64,000 nt of DNA, from NCBI RefSeq assembly GCF_004765795.1, contig NZ_SBIV01000007.1, positions 124,001 through 188,000 on the forward strand. Direction: 5' to 3'. A program made the position numbers and the translations under genes. Position 1 is the first letter of the stretch. Every line of letters begins with the position of its first letter. The stretch is from Halorussus marinus (GTDB lineage Archaea; Halobacteriota; Halobacteria; Halobacteriales; Haladaptataceae). Positions 29,022 to 39,430 of this stretch are shown here, piece by piece. The notes under the pieces were generated by a model. It worked only from the letters and a program-made list of their open reading frames with translations. It made no database searches and was not told the DNA's origin.

Positions 29022-29774
29022 GGCACTACCAGATTGAGGTCGATTTGAGAGCTTCGATCGGTGGCTGGTTCTGGAGTGCTTAGTGACTGCGGTGGTGATT
29101 GTAGTAACCGTGTAGCAGTCAGCCGGCGCTCCGCGCTGATCTGACTGCCGTTCCACGTCTCGTGAAAGCGTGCAATCTGCATCGTGAGCGTCTGAAAGAG
29201 CATCTCAACGAGGTTTCGCTCAGAGTAGTCAAGGTGTCCATCGAGGTTCGTCCGTGCAAGAGCAATGAGATAGTCCATTCCGTCAACAAGAAACTCCACG
29301 TCCTCGACGCGGTGTTTCTCTTTCAATTCATCAAGGAACTTTTCAGTTGGGTCATGGCCGCGATTCGTCGAAAGTCGTGCGTGGAGCACGACTTTCGACT
29401 CAACATCAATCGCGGCATAGAGCTACACTTTCTCTTTGTTTGCCAGCTGGATCTGCTTTTTCATCGACTGCAACGCGATCTGGATCAGCTGTGAACTCCT
29501 GCTCATAGTAGTCAGCGTAGGCTTGGTACCGATGACGGATGATGGCTCGGCGTCGTTCGACGCCGAACCACTTGCAGAGGTCACGACACTCTGCTAACGA
29601 CGCCGAATCAGCATGAGTGGCGCACGCCAGCCTGATCAGCCAGGCTGACGTGCGCGTCTGATCTTCGTCAAAAAACTCCACGTCCGTCGAGTCCGTTCCT
29701 CTATCTGGAGTACTTCGGGTATGTCCCACTTTCTCGAAGAACTCCGCTTACTTCAGCCTCAATCTAGCAGTGCC
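29022..29774 (-). mobile_element. IS6-family element with frameshifted transposase
   Basis: 17-bp TIRs GGCACTACCAGATTGAG / CTCAATCTAGCAGTGCC; fragments RVAVDEK, FLVDGM, RNLVE in different frames. Confidence 0.8.
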
Positions 29775-31255
29775 GTAAATTCGAATCGTGCGCCGCCATG
29801 TTTTGAGTCTGTTATCGAGAGGGTCCACCCGTGGGAGTCAGCAATATCTGAAACGATGCTCAGGCCTAATCCAGTTCCGTCGTCAGTGGTTGTGTGAAGC
29901 GGCTCGAGGACTTCTTCACGCTGTTCTTCAGGGATTCCGGTGCCATCGTCTTCGAAGTAGAACCCATCGGGGAGAGACCCGATCTCAATCGTCACATCGT
30001 CTCCAGCGTGTTCGAGACTATTCCGAAGGAGATTTTCTAGTAACTCTTTGAGCCGGGACGGGTTCGCCTTTACCGTTTTATCAGTCTCACAAACGAGTTC
30101 TGCATCCCCTGTATTAAAATATTTCCAACACGATTTGCTTGCGTTGCTCAGCGAGACTGGTTCAGTCTCAATATTGTCCTCTTGTTGCCGCGCACGAGTC
30201 AATAGATCCTCGATAAGCGCCTCCATTCGATCATGTGCATCGGCAACGGCGTCCAAGTGTTCACTCTCGTGTTCGTCCCGAATGAGTTCGAGTCGTCCTT
30301 CGGCGACGTTGAGCGGATTCCGTAAGTCGTGCCCAAGAACCTCCGCAAACTCTTCGAGGCGGTCGTTCTTCTGCTCCAGTGTTGAGCGAGCCTGCTCCCG
30401 CTCAATCTCGAATCCGATCCATTCCGACGCGAACCGGAGAAACGTTCGTTCCTCCTGGCTGAATTCCATCTCACGGGATTCAGAGCCTGCAAAACAGAGC
30501 GTTCCGTACAACTCTCCGTTAACAATGACCTTACTTCCGATGTAGCTCCCCAATTGGAACGTCTCATACGCGGGGTCATCAACCCATCCCGATTCAATTG
30601 CATCTTCAATCGCCAGAAGATCGTCCGTTTGGATTGTCTTCCGGCAATACGCTTTCGAGAGCGGACAGGTCTCTCCCGGTTGAAGGAGTTCATGTGGCCC
30701 AACTGCTTCAACGATCGTCTGAGCTCCTTCACCAGTGCTATGCTCTTGTGTGTCATGAGGCCAGTGTGCCGAACAATGCAGGTCAAGCACGGCACACGAG
30801 TCCGTATCGACCAGGGCCGTCGTTTTGAGCGTCCGTATGTGGCGATCCGAGCGATCGACGTAGTGGTTGGATGCCGCTTGTCGGTCGAAGAACGTGGCAT
30901 CCATGGCGCCGTGGTTGCCGGGATCGCAGGCGGCCGCAGATCGGTCGAGCAGTTGGCGCCAGACACGGGTGGGCACCCGCTCGAACGACCGCCACAGCGT
31001 CGAGGGTGCCGGGAACTCGATACGGGCCAACTGCAAGATGGCGCGCACTCGATCCATCTCGCTCGCCCAATCGACGATTTCGCGGTAGGTGGCTCCCATG
31101 TGAACCCGCAGGAAATGCAGCGTCAGATGCTTCCAGTCAGCAAATCCGTGGCCAGCCGGGTCGCTCACCACCGCCGTGGGGCTGGCAGCACAGCGCTTTT
31201 GAGCCAGCGATGCTGCTTGTTTAACGAAGCGGAAGAGGACTTCAGGCACATTCAC
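29759..31255 (-). CDS. In-frame chimera: IS5-family transposase N-terminal 170 aa fused to a partial GAF domain and histidine kinase
   Basis: AMDATFF, LKTTALVD, WPHDTQ then GAF (YCRKTI, YIGSKV, YGTLCF), HDLRNPL, ENLLRN, DDGTG, GTGLGL. Confidence 0.75.
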   Translation of the reverse strand: MNVPEVLFRFVKQAASLAQKRCAASPTAVVSDPAGHGFADWKHLTLHFLRVHMGATYREIVDWASEMDRVRAILQLARIEFPAPSTLWRSFERVPTRVWRQLLDRSAAACDPGNHGAMDATFFDRQAASNHYVDRSDRHIRTLKTTALVDTDSCAVLDLHCSAHWPHDTQEHSTGEGAQTIVEAVGPHELLQPGETCPLSKAYCRKTIQTDDLLAIEDAIESGWVDDPAYETFQLGSYIGSKVIVNGELYGTLCFAGSESREMEFSQEERTFLRFASEWIGFEIEREQARSTLEQKNDRLEEFAEVLGHDLRNPLNVAEGRLELIRDEHESEHLDAVADAHDRMEALIEDLLTRARQQEDNIETEPVSLSNASKSCWKYFNTGDAELVCETDKTVKANPSRLKELLENLLRNSLEHAGDDVTIEIGSLPDGFYFEDDGTGIPEEQREEVLEPLHTTTDDGTGLGLSIVSDIADSHGWTLSITDSKHGGARFEFTALLD

Positions 31256-31323
31256 CCTCTCCGCTTCGCTTCCACCTTCAGAGCGACGCTATCCTGCCGC
31301 TGTCAGCGGATTCAACAGAGCAC
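30746..31323 (-). mobile_element. Truncated IS5-family element (left end only)
   Basis: Transposase 5' half preceded by the TIR-like GCTCTGTTGAATCC; no right end. Confidence 0.65.
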
Positions 31324-31395
31324 TCTTAACTAAACACGACCGTTGACTAGGGGCTATCGTTTAAATACGAAGACGAGGCAGTACTACATTACTTG

Positions 31396-32286
31396 ATGAC
31401 TCAGCGGGACTCGGACCACCAAGAACTTCGGCCACTCGGCGAAGCAACGCATATTCCCGACAACAAACTCTCCAATAGTAGCGTCGAGGAGTCTCGCCAA
31501 CAGCGACTAGATGCAGTCGCTACAAGAGATCCAAACGAAACGACAGCAACGGAGAGCGAGTGTTCCTCCTGTGGAGCATCAATTCCTGCGGGGCGGACAA
31601 AGTGCAGGTTCTGTCTCGTGAACCACCTCGATAGCTCCGAAGAGGAACAGTCGAGGTCCGATACTGACAGGACACTGCTTCACGTTATTCATTTCGTCGT
31701 GGAAGCATCGACGTTCGACAGCGCCGTTGCGAAGGGTATTGCAGCTGCGGGCCTCCTCGTGAAGGCCGACAGAGACTCCGCAGTCAACGACTGCCAGCTG
31801 ATCTACGAGTTCGACGAAGAGCCTGCATCACAACTTGCCAGCAAATGGCCTTCGCTTCCCGAAGCAGTACGGATTACGTCCGGCTTGGGGAGACAGTTGC
31901 TCGAAACTGCCCGTGAACGAACCGAGTGGCAGGACACAACGCAGTCACGTCACGATGTCGAACATGCGACGTTCCTCTACGACGAAAGCGGACGTGGCGT
32001 TCATGATGAAAATCGTCTTATGACGCTTCTTGAGGACGCAGACGACGTGTGGCTGGTGCCTGCGATTGCATTCCAGCAATCTATCGAGGAGACCAGGACT
32101 GATAGCCACCAACGCGAGCGACCGAACAGGAGACACCTTGAGTGTCGTGGATGCGACCGCGATACGAGGCACCGATTCCTCGACTTCGAGAACGTCCCTG
32201 ACGACAAGTGGAGTGGCCAACCGATGTGGGAGTGCCGGGTATGTAGGATGCCCCGATACGGGCCGAACCCCCGAGCAGACCGGTAA
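31396..32286 (+). CDS. Hypothetical protein with N- and C-terminal zinc ribbons
   Basis: CSSC...CRFC and CRGC...WECRVC. Confidence 0.7.
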   Translation: MTQRDSDHQELRPLGEATHIPDNKLSNSSVEESRQQRLDAVATRDPNETTATESECSSCGASIPAGRTKCRFCLVNHLDSSEEEQSRSDTDRTLLHVIHFVVEASTFDSAVAKGIAAAGLLVKADRDSAVNDCQLIYEFDEEPASQLASKWPSLPEAVRITSGLGRQLLETARERTEWQDTTQSRHDVEHATFLYDESGRGVHDENRLMTLLEDADDVWLVPAIAFQQSIEETRTDSHQRERPNRRHLECRGCDRDTRHRFLDFENVPDDKWSGQPMWECRVCRMPRYGPNPRADR

Positions 32287-32399
32287 GCTGGAAATCAGGT
32301 TATTCAATAGTCAGAGAGGGCGTCAGCGAACGGTTCCTACGCCGGAAAGAAAATCAACTACGGAGGGGAGATGCCGCACGATCTCGCCCTGAACGCTAT

Positions 32400-32789
32400 T
32401 CACACGTCGTACGCGTGGGCTTTGAGCGTCTCCAAGTCCACGGCATCTAATACTGCCTCGTTGGTCGCTTCGAGAACTACAGGCGGGACAGTCGTCTCGG
32501 GGAGGCGTTCGGCCCGCGTGGCTTCGAGCGCTTCGACCCACCGTCCGAGACAGAGACACCAGCGATCGCCTGGGCTGAGTCCGGGAAACTGTAATGCCGG
32601 ACGCGGCGTCACGAGGTCGTTCCCCTGTTCTTTGCTGAACGTTAGAAACTCCTCGGTCATCACCGCACAGAATTCGTGTCTCCCCCGATCGTTGGGATGC
32701 GTTCCACAACAGCCGTCGCGCTCGTAGCCAGTCGTCGGATCAGTACTACAGGGAGCAAGTTCCCCGCCGAGAACGTTCTGTTCGGACAT
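32400..32789 (-). CDS. DUF2237-family protein
   Basis: NVLGGELAPCSTDPTTGYERDGCC...GNDLVTP...FPGLSPGDRWCLC. Confidence 0.85.
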   Translation of the reverse strand: MSEQNVLGGELAPCSTDPTTGYERDGCCGTHPNDRGRHEFCAVMTEEFLTFSKEQGNDLVTPRPALQFPGLSPGDRWCLCLGRWVEALEATRAERLPETTVPPVVLEATNEAVLDAVDLETLKAHAYDV

Positions 32790-33017
32790 ACTGGTCGGTC
32801 GTGTTGTGTAAGTAAAAATCTCTTCGTGTGACTGCTTTGATGACGCCCTCAACAAGTCGAGGGTTGTCTCGTGAATTGGTGGTTAATTATGGGCAAGTCA
32901 CAACTCCCGGTTGGTTGATTGTCGACCGCGTTTTTTCTGCGCCGGCAATGGGTGCCGGCGCACCAAGCAGTAGCGCGGCGTGTAGTCGCGTGCGTCGGCA
33001 GATCGAAGTGAGAACCA

Positions 33018-33509
33018 ATGCATATGTTGATTTACTCGCTGGTAGAGGCATCGACACGAGACGAAGCACTCGCGACTGGAAAGACGGTGTTCGACCGACT
33101 TGTCGGGGCCAGCCCACACGCAGATGCTGTGTTCGACTATTACGTGACGTTCGACGAGGCAGACACATCAGTCGCTGGGAAGGCCCGGTGGGGCGACCTG
33201 CCAGTAGCAATGCCTGTCGAATCCGACGATGGGCAAGAACTGCTGGAACGGGGGTGGGACGCGACGAAAAGCGAGTTCAATCGGAATCTTGACCGCGTCC
33301 GAGAGGTGCTTGAGGAACTGAGCGACGAGGAGATTATGCGCGACGACGGGCTCGCTCGGCATGCGTTCCACCAAGTCGGCGCATACGACGGTCCCACCAT
33401 CTTCCTGTATGACGAACACGGCAGCGGTATTCGGCATCGAAACCAGCTTGACCGCATCCTCGACGAGGGCGAAAATCTCTGGATCATCCCCGCTGACGTT
33501 CACTACTAA
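33018..33509 (+). CDS. Haloarchaeal plasmid-type hypothetical protein
   Basis: Acidic ORF; a paralogous 3' half recurs at 36288-36512. Confidence 0.75.
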   Translation: MHMLIYSLVEASTRDEALATGKTVFDRLVGASPHADAVFDYYVTFDEADTSVAGKARWGDLPVAMPVESDDGQELLERGWDATKSEFNRNLDRVREVLEELSDEEIMRDDGLARHAFHQVGAYDGPTIFLYDEHGSGIRHRNQLDRILDEGENLWIIPADVHY

Positions 33510-33607
33510 GCGGAGCGACAAGCTCCGCTACATCGAGCAGAAATAATTCAGCTTGCGTTAGATATATGACCGAGACTCTCGAACGGTTAGGAAACAGGAG
33601 GATAGTG

Positions 33608-34174
33608 ATGGATTTGACTGACACCCCTGAGGACGTTCGAGATCCGGGCGAGGAACCACCAGATTTCACCGAGTGGGATGCACCCGAAGAGGTCCTGAAA
33701 GGTGGTCCAACGAGGGAACGACTGCTCGGTGTTATCCTGCAACTCCGTACACCAACCAAAGTCGCTGAAATCGCAGACCAAGCAGACTGCGATACCGAGA
33801 CTGCGCGTGACTATCTCGAATGGTTCACCTCGATGGGGATGACGCGAGAGATTCCGGGGCGGCCGGTGAGATACGAGCGAAACGAGTCGTATTTGCGGTG
33901 GCGCAGAATCGAACAGATTCGGGAACAGTACTCCGAGAGTGAAATCGTCGAGGAACTCACAGAGACGATGGCGCAGCTTGAGGAGTACCGGGCGCGATTC
34001 GACGCTGACAGTCCGGATGACGTGTCGCTCGTAGACGATACTGGAGCGTCGGCGGTCGAAGAAATGTGGGAAGCGGTGAGTGAGTGGAAAACACTAGAGC
34101 GACGGGCAGAGCTGTTAGATACGGCGCGGCAGAACGGTCATCCGTCGAGTGGTGGTGCCAGAGTCGATGCCTGA
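33608..34174 (+). CDS. wHTH protein (antitoxin-like)
   Basis: PTKVAEIADQADCDTETARDYLEWF; overlaps the next gene. Confidence 0.7.
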   Translation: MDLTDTPEDVRDPGEEPPDFTEWDAPEEVLKGGPTRERLLGVILQLRTPTKVAEIADQADCDTETARDYLEWFTSMGMTREIPGRPVRYERNESYLRWRRIEQIREQYSESEIVEELTETMAQLEEYRARFDADSPDDVSLVDDTGASAVEEMWEAVSEWKTLERRAELLDTARQNGHPSSGGARVDA

Positions 34175-34613
34175 CGACCGGCCGGGTGACGACGAGGATG
34201 TCGCGGATGTTGGTGGCATTGATACCGAGATTCTCGAACAAATCGGTCAACACCTCGAACGAAGCCAACGGTTCTCGGAGGTCGTGTTCCAGACAGACTA
34301 CGCGCCAAGTTCCGTTGTGGCAGAATACGACATGGGATACTTTCCGGCGGCCATCGACCGAGCTTATCTCCAGATTCGATGGTACGAGACGGACGATTTC
34401 AGCGTCCACTACTCCGAGCAGTACACCGATGACGACCAATGGGAGTGTCGATGGGACCGCCATCCGAACAGCCACAACACTCGCTCGCACTTTCACCCAC
34501 CGCCAGATGCAACGACGCCCGGTGACGATGCAGAGTACACCAGCGACTGGCGAGATATACTCTCAAGCGTTCTTGAGGACTTAGACGATCGAATCGAAGC
34601 GTTCTGGGAGTGA
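34167..34613 (+). CDS. Hypothetical protein, putative toxin partner
   Basis: FSVHYSE...CRWDRHPNSHNTRSHFHPP His-rich motif; coupled to the upstream wHTH gene. Confidence 0.6.
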   Translation: MPDDRPGDDEDVADVGGIDTEILEQIGQHLERSQRFSEVVFQTDYAPSSVVAEYDMGYFPAAIDRAYLQIRWYETDDFSVHYSEQYTDDDQWECRWDRHPNSHNTRSHFHPPPDATTPGDDAEYTSDWRDILSSVLEDLDDRIEAFWE

Positions 34614-34749
34614 GTGTCAAAAGTCGTCTTCTCTTCTCGTAGGGTTCAGAACAGCTACTCAGTTAGTGGATCCGTGACGGAGTGACCGCGTGAGTTTTTC
34701 ACCCCCTAAGGGGTGCGGGGGCACTCGAAGTAGTCCCTCGAATCAAACC

Positions 34750-34895
34750 ATGAGTGGAACAACCGACTCGCAATCACTCGAACAGACACGGCCAAACCAG
34801 AAACAGGATATCGTCTACGTCGGCTACCGGCGACGCGGACGCGCTGTCGTAGAAAAACAACCCGGTCAAGAGCGGGTGACACCAGAGCCGAGTCT
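34750..34895 (+). pseudogene. 5' gene fragment truncated by the ISH3-family element
   Basis: MSGTTDSQSL...IVYVGYRRRG runs into the IS left TIR at 34896. Confidence 0.55.
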
Positions 34896-36287
34896 CAGTA
34901 CCTCACAAAGCCGGTTAGTTAGAACGTCTGCTTGCTGAAGATGTGTCCAAGCACCAGCAGCAAGCAGACAGTGAAATCCACGAAGACCAGCTCCTTAACT
35001 TCCTCGTCAAGCCGGTTGACGAGGAAGTTTCCCTGAACCTCGCCAACAACGCTGAAATCGATGCAGAGGACATCTACGAGGTTCTCGTCGGCGCAACCGC
35101 CGACGGAACCTCGATCTCGACGCTCTGCAACTCCAGTGACGACTCGCCATCGGCGAACACGATCCTCTACCATCTCCGGACGAAGTTCGAGCCCGAACGG
35201 CTCGAACAAGTCGCTAACACACTCCTTCGGCAGGATGTCGTCGAACTGCTTCCCGAGCAGGTGGAAGTCTGCGCAGACCTCCACCTGCGGCCCTACTACG
35301 ATGACGAAGACGACACAGACGCCCTCTACCACTCGGAAGCGAAGCGGGGAACCACCGCATTCCACGCGTACACGACGCTCTACGCACGCGTGAAGAACAA
35401 GCGCTATACGCTGGCGGTGCGCCGTCTCGAAGACGGCGACACCGCCAGCAGTGTCCTCGCTGAGTTCCTTGGTGTTCTCGACGGCCTTGACACCGAGGTC
35501 AAGGCCGTCTTCCTCGATCGTGGATTCTACGACAGCAAGTGTCTCACGTTGCTTCAAGCGCACAACTACGCGTACGTTGTCCCGATCATCCGGTGGGGTG
35601 AGGCGATTCAGCAAGAACTCTCGGAAGGGTGGAGGCGCGTCATCGAACACGATCTGACAGGGAAACTCGACGGTCACAGCTGGACCGTCGAGTTTCCCGT
35701 CTACATCGACTGTACGTACCTGAACGGGAAGTACGACGACCACGGCGTGGCGCGTCACGGCTACGCCGCTGACGCGCCGTTCATCGAGACTCCACGCGAC
35801 GCTCGATACCACTACTCGAAACGCTTCGGTATCGAGTCAAGCTATCGCTTGTCCGAGCAAGCGATAGCGACGACAACGACGCGAGACGCAACGGTGAAAC
35901 TGCTGTACGTCGTGGTGAGCCTGCTGTTGCAGAACACGTGGCGGTATCTGCACTACGAATATGTGGCGACGCCTCGCCGAGGCGGGCGTCGCCTCTGGTG
36001 GTGGCCGTACAAGGAGTTCGTGAATATGGTTCGGCGGGCTGCGTGGACGGCCCTCGCGGTGCGTCGGGCCGTCCCCGCGAACCGGCCGCCTGACGACCGG
36101 TTCTACCGGTAGTCACTGATCGAGCAAGCTCCCTTCACGAGTGGCAACGTTGTCGCGTCGGCGGCTGACCGCCGCCGACAGCGACAACTCCCTCTTCGAT
36201 CAGCGTTGCTTGACCAGTAGCGACGACTCATCCCAACAGAACAGGTGTCTCAGGTCAGGCTAACTGGCGATGCTTTGTGAGGTACTG
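34896..36287 (+). mobile_element. ISH3-family insertion sequence (1392 bp)
   Basis: Perfect 16-bp TIRs CAGTACCTCACAAAGC / GCTTTGTGAGGTACTG; flanks AGTCT vs AACCT (no target duplication). Confidence 0.92.
34943..36112 (+). CDS. ISH3-family transposase
   Basis: CADLHLRPYY, FLDRGFY, YSKRFGIESSYR. Confidence 0.92.
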   Translation: MSKHQQQADSEIHEDQLLNFLVKPVDEEVSLNLANNAEIDAEDIYEVLVGATADGTSISTLCNSSDDSPSANTILYHLRTKFEPERLEQVANTLLRQDVVELLPEQVEVCADLHLRPYYDDEDDTDALYHSEAKRGTTAFHAYTTLYARVKNKRYTLAVRRLEDGDTASSVLAEFLGVLDGLDTEVKAVFLDRGFYDSKCLTLLQAHNYAYVVPIIRWGEAIQQELSEGWRRVIEHDLTGKLDGHSWTVEFPVYIDCTYLNGKYDDHGVARHGYAADAPFIETPRDARYHYSKRFGIESSYRLSEQAIATTTTRDATVKLLYVVVSLLLQNTWRYLHYEYVATPRRGGRRLWWWPYKEFVNMVRRAAWTALAVRRAVPANRPPDDRFYR

Positions 36288-36512
36288 AACCTCGACCGCG
36301 TGAGAGACGCGCTTGAGGACCTGAGCGACGAGGAGATCATGCGCGACGACGGGCTTGCCCGGCATGCGTTCCACCAAGTTGGCGCGTACGAGGGCCCCAC
36401 CATCTTTCTGTACGACGAACATGGTAGTGGCATTCGGCATCAAGACCACCTCGACCGCATCCTTGAGGAGAACGAGAATCTTTGGATTGTCCTAGCAGAC
36501 GTTCACTACTGA
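36288..36512 (+). pseudogene. 3' fragment of a paralogue of 33018-33509
   Basis: NLDRVR...LSDEEIMRDDGLARHAFHQVGAY...ADVHY closely matches the 33285-33509 product. Confidence 0.8.
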
Positions 36513-36927
36513 GTCCCCGAGCTAGCCAGGGAACGTGACGGAGTGACCACGGTGAGTTTTTCGTTCTCCCGAAGGAGTGCATGAAGTCCGAGTTACTGTA
36601 GAGCGACCAACGGTTCGTCATTCGAGTATCGGTGGCTGGAACGAACTCCGAAATCGCTGTTTGTAAAGTAAAGCTGAAGACCCTTATATATCGCTTTAGT
36701 ATTGTTTGTCAAATAGCTACCACCGACTCGGTACGTTCCAGTCCAACACTAGTATAAAATTATCCGTAATTTTCCGTTAGCGGTTAGTGCGTTCTATCAG
36801 TTCGGTGAACACGCCGTTCAAAATGGAGATGGGATTGCCGTATCTTGAAATAAAACTCGACGATCCAGTCAATAGCAGTCCAGATAAAGATGATGGATAA
36901 GACGGTTGAATTCGTAGTGCCTTCGAG

Positions 36928-37356
36928 TCAGCTGAACGGGTTATCGGACGTATACAGCCGTGTCAGGCCGTTAATCGTGTCAAAGTCGTCATCAAAAGAG
37001 TAGAGGTATTCAATATCTTCCCGTTCCAGATACGCCACGAGAGTCGCATCCACGAAGGAGAGTTCATTGTACCGCCGGAAAAGGGCCTGTGCGGCGTTGA
37101 AATCCGCCTTCGGAGCGTGGACTATCTCGAAGTGCGCACCCTCGATAAGCCGGTCCAGCATCTGATTTGCCGGGCCTGCACCGAGTTTTTCACGTGAAAG
37201 GTTCAGCGTCTCCGCGACCACGTAGTTCGTGATGAGAGCGTCTGGGAGCTCACCGTGGTCGATTCCGCGGACGATCTCCCGGGCGCGGTCGTGGTACTCA
37301 TCGCGGGCACTGGCACTAGCGAAGAGAACGTTCGTGTCTAGGAGAGCAACTGCCAT
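36928..37356 (-). CDS. vapC: PIN-domain (VapC) toxin
   Basis: LLDTNVL, VVAET, LSFVDA, YSFDDDF. Confidence 0.9.
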   Translation of the reverse strand: MAVALLDTNVLFASASARDEYHDRAREIVRGIDHGELPDALITNYVVAETLNLSREKLGAGPANQMLDRLIEGAHFEIVHAPKADFNAAQALFRRYNELSFVDATLVAYLEREDIEYLYSFDDDFDTINGLTRLYTSDNPFS

Positions 37357-37601
37357 TACTCGGTCCCGAACTCGGCCTCAGCTTCAACCGCGTTCGTCTC
37401 CCCAGCGTCTACGGGTTCGAAGTCGTCAAAAACGCCCTCTCGCTGATGGACGATTTCGACCGAGAGACCTCCCTCTTCGTCAGTGGTCCACCGGAGCTTA
37501 TCGCCCGGCTCAATGTCGAGATACCGGCGGAGGTCCGCCGGGATTGTGACCATTCCGCGGTCGCTGACTTTCGTTTCCTCGGGCCCTTCTTCAGCTGCCA
37601 T
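37356..37601 (-). CDS. AbrB/MazE-family antitoxin
   Basis: TKVSDRGMVTIPADLRRYLDIEPGDKLRW; TAATG coupling to vapC. Confidence 0.88.
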   Translation of the reverse strand: MAAEEGPEETKVSDRGMVTIPADLRRYLDIEPGDKLRWTTDEEGGLSVEIVHQREGVFDDFEPVDAGETNAVEAEAEFGTE

Positions 37602-37865
37602 ACGTGGACGTACCCTCTCCACGCCTATACATGTTTCTCCACATGTGGGTTGGAGTGCATCGTCTACTCACTACACCCTCAGTCGACTCTGCCCGGGACG
37701 GCTCAGTGGCGTTGTTGTCGTCCAACCCCTCCAACGGACATTATCCGTTCAGGTATCTGCTTAAAGCTGGAGAAGAAGTGTTCGAGCGGGCAAGTGGCAG
37801 TTCCACAGGTCGCTGAACTTCACTCTCACAGCACCGTCGCTGACCCGCATGAGAGCACAGCCGTT

Positions 37866-38150
37866 CTAGATGATGCCGCCGATGATGAGCAGGCCGACGA
37901 TGACCAGTAGCGTCGCGCCCATACCGCTGGCCAGCAGCTTGTTCTCCAATGCTTTCTCGTGAAGCGGCATTTCAGCATATTCCTCACGGAACGTTTCGAG
38001 GTTCTCTTCGTCTAGAAGTACTTCGTCTTCAGCGCGAACCGCTCAGTGACCGCACAGCCTGTACAGACCGGCTCTTGTTCCAGCCGCTCGGTCTTGGTGT
38101 GGCGACCACAGGCAATCGCTCCACAGTTCGGACAGTACGTGTAAATCCGA
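37866..38150 (-). pseudogene. Frameshifted C-terminal remnant (Zn finger plus TM helix), probably of a haloarchaeal Mrr-like restriction protein
   Basis: YTYCPNCGAIAC...PVCTGCAVTERFALKTKYF, apparent 1-nt deletion near 38012, then DEENLETFREEY...LLVIVGLLIIGGII. Confidence 0.5.
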
Positions 38151-38223
38151 TTGAGACCTGCGATTACGATGTATTTTTCAACCCCAGAAAGGGTGCGGGG
38201 ACAACATTCCCTGTCCGAGAAAC

Positions 38224-38604
38224 ATGGCAACACTCCAAGCAGCAACAACGTCGAACGGTGTCACCGTCACCAATGCACAGGCAGTTCGGGAACTCTGCGA
38301 ATCATACTGTTTCGGAATGCTCGAATGGGAGGTCGACGACGACGACCGACTCTCGATTTGGGGCTACGACGCATTCGAGGTCTACGGGCGTCGAGAAAAC
38401 GGCCTGCCAGACTACGAAGCAGGACAGCAGACCCACGAGTTCCTTCGAGCACTCGCAACGTACGTCGAAGAGGACGACGAACTCGATATTCAAACGGCTG
38501 GGTTCACGAAGTGTCGGTTCTCAGTACTTGCCGCTCGATACGTCGTCCGGCGTGGCGACGTCCTGCGAGCAGACCTTCGGACTCTTGAGCCGATTGAGGA
38601 TTGA
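38224..38604 (+). CDS. Haloarchaeal plasmid-type hypothetical protein
   Basis: Acidic ORF directly downstream of the hairpin motif. Confidence 0.7.
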   Translation: MATLQAATTSNGVTVTNAQAVRELCESYCFGMLEWEVDDDDRLSIWGYDAFEVYGRRENGLPDYEAGQQTHEFLRALATYVEEDDELDIQTAGFTKCRFSVLAARYVVRRGDVLRADLRTLEPIED

Positions 38605-38721
38605 ATGGTGGCGCGTCCTATCAGGACGGATGTTGTCGCTGAACCCGGTTTCAGGGAGTGTCAGAAGAGGTTTCGTGAGTGACCCAAATACTGATTCAAC
38701 TTCGGTGGCAAGTCGACGAGG

Positions 38722-38952
38722 ATGTCGCGCCACGTTCGGCTTAATGACGACCTCTACCAGCGCATCGAAGCAAATAAACACGAGGGCGAGTCGTTTAGTG
38801 AGACTATCGAGCGCCTCATCGACAACCGTTCGCTCCGTGACCTTCAGGATGTCTTCGACAGCGAGCAAGTGGACGAGATGCGAGACGCGATCAAGCTACT
38901 AGAGGAAGAAGATGCTGCCGAGGTCCGTGAACTTGACGAGCGTTTCGACTAA
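38722..38952 (+). CDS. VapB-like (DUF217-type) antitoxin, orphan
   Basis: HVRLNDDLYQRIEANKHEGESFSETIERL. Confidence 0.75.
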   Translation: MSRHVRLNDDLYQRIEANKHEGESFSETIERLIDNRSLRDLQDVFDSEQVDEMRDAIKLLEEEDAAEVRELDERFD

Positions 38953-38995
38953 TCGGCAACACAACTATATTATGCGGGACGATGAACACGTACGT

Positions 38996-39430
38996 ATGGT
39001 GCATACAGACGACTCCGCGGTCGAACGCGTCGAACTCGACCGACTGCGGTCATATCTCGACCAAGAGCGAGTCGTCTTTGCGATTCTCTTCGGTTCGCAC
39101 GCACGCGGAACTGCTGAACCGGACTCAGACGTGGACATCGCACTCCGGTTCCCCGAGATGTTGGACGCTCGGGAACGATTTCAGTTGCGTAACCAGATCG
39201 ATGCGGACCTCCAGCAGTATGCCGAGGAGTTTGTGGACGTAAGCGATATCGAACAGCTCCCGACAGCTGTCGCACACGCCGCTCTCCAAGATGGTCTCCT
39301 GCTCACTGGCGACGAGCAGGTTGTCGAGACCTACCACGAGCAAATCAAAGACGAGTATGAGTCAACGGTCGACGAGCGAAAGCGCCAACAGCGTGAATTC
39401 ATCGACCGATTAGCAAGCGGAGACGTATAG
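38996..39430 (+). CDS. Minimal nucleotidyltransferase antitoxin (MntA-like)
   Basis: LFGSHARGTAEPDSDVDIA (GSx10DxD); start 38972 also possible. Confidence 0.88.
   Translation: MVHTDDSAVERVELDRLRSYLDQERVVFAILFGSHARGTAEPDSDVDIALRFPEMLDARERFQLRNQIDADLQQYAEEFVDVSDIEQLPTAVAHAALQDGLLLTGDEQVVETYHEQIKDEYESTVDERKRQQREFIDRLASGDV

Noticed and set aside
36600..36900. AT-rich intergenic tract as a replication origin
   Set aside because: Only weak GTTCCA-like matches, no G-string ORB repeats and no adjacent orc1/cdc6 or rep gene.
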